A stretch of 64,000 bases of DNA, taken from the NCBI GenBank assembly GCA_963821695.1, contig CAWGEY010000009.1, forward strand, positions 45,320 to 109,319, given 5' to 3'. The DNA is from an uncultured Actinomycetota bacterium (lineage in GTDB: Bacteria > Actinomycetota > Actinomycetes > Propionibacteriales > Propionibacteriaceae). Shown here in pieces: positions 62,679 to 64,000 of the stretch. The notes beneath the pieces are model-generated. The model was not told the origin of the DNA, made no database searches, and was given only the letters and a program-made list of their open reading frames with translations. The translations under genes and the position numbers were made by a program. The first letter of the stretch is position 1; the number at the start of each line of letters is the position of its first letter.

Positions 62679-63815
62679 ATGAGCGACGACGGATCGATGC
62701 TGCAGCGGGTCAAGCTGCGCGCCTTCGACCTCAGCGAACGGACGACCCGGATCGGGCGAGCCTCGGTCGAGGTCCGGCTAGCACGCTGGCGGGACCGCTG
62801 GTTCATGATCGCCCAGTGCGCCGTGACCGCGGCGCTCGCGTGGTGGCTGGCGCAGACGTTCCTCGGCCACCCGGCGCCGATCTTCGCCGCCATCGCCGCG
62901 TTGTTGTGCCTCGGGGTGACGTTCGGGCATCGGCTGCGGCGCGGGATCGAAGTCGCGGTGGGCGTTGCGGTAGGGGTCGCGGTCGGGGATCTGTTCGTGA
63001 TCGCGTTCGGCAGCGGCACCTGGCAGATCGCCGTGGTGCTGGTGGTGGCGATGTCGCTGGCCACCCTGCTCGGCGCCGGCCAGTTGATGATCATGCAGTC
63101 CGGGGTGCAGGCGATCTTCGTCGTCGCGCTGGTGCCCGGTACCGGGCAGGCTTTCAACCGATGGTTCGACGCCGTGCTCGGCTGCGTGCTGGCCCTGCTG
63201 GTCGCAACGATCGCCCCGAGTGCCCCGCTTCGCCGGCCGCGGCTGGTCGCGGCCCAGGTGCTGCAGGAGATGGCCTGGACCCTGGAGGCCGCCGTCGCGG
63301 CCCTGCGCGCCGACGACGAGCACGCCGCCGATGCTGTCCTGGAGCGCGCCCGCCGCGGCGAGACGGAGTTGCAGTCTCTCCAGGATGCGGCCGACGAAGG
63401 ACTCGCCGTGGTGCGATCGAGCCCCTTTCGCCGACGGCACCGGGCGGGGGTCGAGGCGTACGCCGAGTTGATCGGGCCGATCGGGCGGGCTCAGCGGAAT
63501 CTGCGGGTGCTGGCCCGGCGCTGCGTCTCCGCGGTGTTCCGCGGCGAGGCGGTGCCGGCCGGGCACCTGGAGCTGATGGCGCAGTTGGTACAGGTGCTGC
63601 GCAACATGGCCAGCGAGCTGTACGACGGGCGGCTCCCCCAGTCCTCCCGCCGCCGGTTGGCTGAGATCGGCGCGGGCAGTTCGCACCTGACCCTGAACAC
63701 GTCGATGTCGGCCGTGGTGATCCTCGCCCAATGCCGCTCGATGATCGTCGACCTGATGGAACTGACCGGTCTGGATCACGCCGAGGCGCGCGAGCGGATG
63801 CCTGAGATGGATTGA
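62679..63815 (+). CDS. FUSC / aromatic acid exporter family membrane protein
   Basis: IAQCAVTAALAW, GHPAP.FA, GVAVGV..GD, RWFDAVLG. Confidence 0.85.
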   Translation: MSDDGSMLQRVKLRAFDLSERTTRIGRASVEVRLARWRDRWFMIAQCAVTAALAWWLAQTFLGHPAPIFAAIAALLCLGVTFGHRLRRGIEVAVGVAVGVAVGDLFVIAFGSGTWQIAVVLVVAMSLATLLGAGQLMIMQSGVQAIFVVALVPGTGQAFNRWFDAVLGCVLALLVATIAPSAPLRRPRLVAAQVLQEMAWTLEAAVAALRADDEHAADAVLERARRGETELQSLQDAADEGLAVVRSSPFRRRHRAGVEAYAELIGPIGRAQRNLRVLARRCVSAVFRGEAVPAGHLELMAQLVQVLRNMASELYDGRLPQSSRRRLAEIGAGSSHLTLNTSMSAVVILAQCRSMIVDLMELTGLDHAEARERMPEMD

Positions 63816-63843
63816 CCTCGTGGGTCGGGAGCAAGGCCGCGAT

Positions 63844-63872
63844 TTGTCTGCGGTGAGGTCCTGGACTACAGT
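63844..63872 (+). promoter_or_regulatory. housekeeping sigma promoter for tRNA-Met
   Basis: TTGTCT-N17-TACAGT ending 13 nt before the tRNA. Confidence 0.7.
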
Positions 63873-63885
63873 CGGGCACGGCCGA

Positions 63886-63959
63886 CGCGGGGTGGAGCAG
63901 CTCGGTAGCTCGCTGGGCTCATAACCCAGAGGTCACAGGTTCAAATCCTGTCCCCGCTA
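63886..63959 (+). tRNA. initiator tRNA-Met(CAT)
   Basis: CGCGGGG/CCCCGCT acceptor with C1:U72 mismatch, three G-C pairs in the anticodon stem, CAT anticodon, GGTTCAAATCC. CCA not encoded. Confidence 0.97.
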
Positions 63960-64000
63960 CTGTGAAAGACTTAGTCAGGGCCAGATTCGCCGCAAGGCGA

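Overview
High-GC actinobacterial chromosome segment. Gene order and protein style suggest Propionibacteriaceae (Microlunatus/Friedmanniella-like); this is an inference. Most of the window is conserved core genome: the atpIZBEFHAGDC operon, wecA-tsaC-prmC-prfA-rpmE-rho-thrB-thrC-hom-lysA, tRNA-Arg(CCG), kgd, galK, whiB1-pdtaS, bL37-rsrA-sigR, aroA-rsgA-hisN, serA and initiator tRNA-Met. At least 11 genes, several essential (atpC, atpD, atpG, prfA), carry single-base frameshifts, which most likely are sequencing or assembly indels. Best candidates for undescribed biology: (1) 38957-42411, an orphan 866-aa protein with an eCIS-cargo-like N-terminal motif (LQQSIGN..V..VQR), a caspase-hemoglobinase-type His/Cys dyad and a C-terminal SH3b-like domain, coupled to a beta-propeller partner; (2) 439-1221, two tiny membrane-anchored peptides with PL-D/E motifs facing a membrane protein with intramembrane E/N/H residues; (3) several nested-palindrome and tandem intergenic elements, one beside an AbiEi-HTH/PD-(D/E)xK nuclease gene. 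All family assignments are from motif recognition, not database searches.
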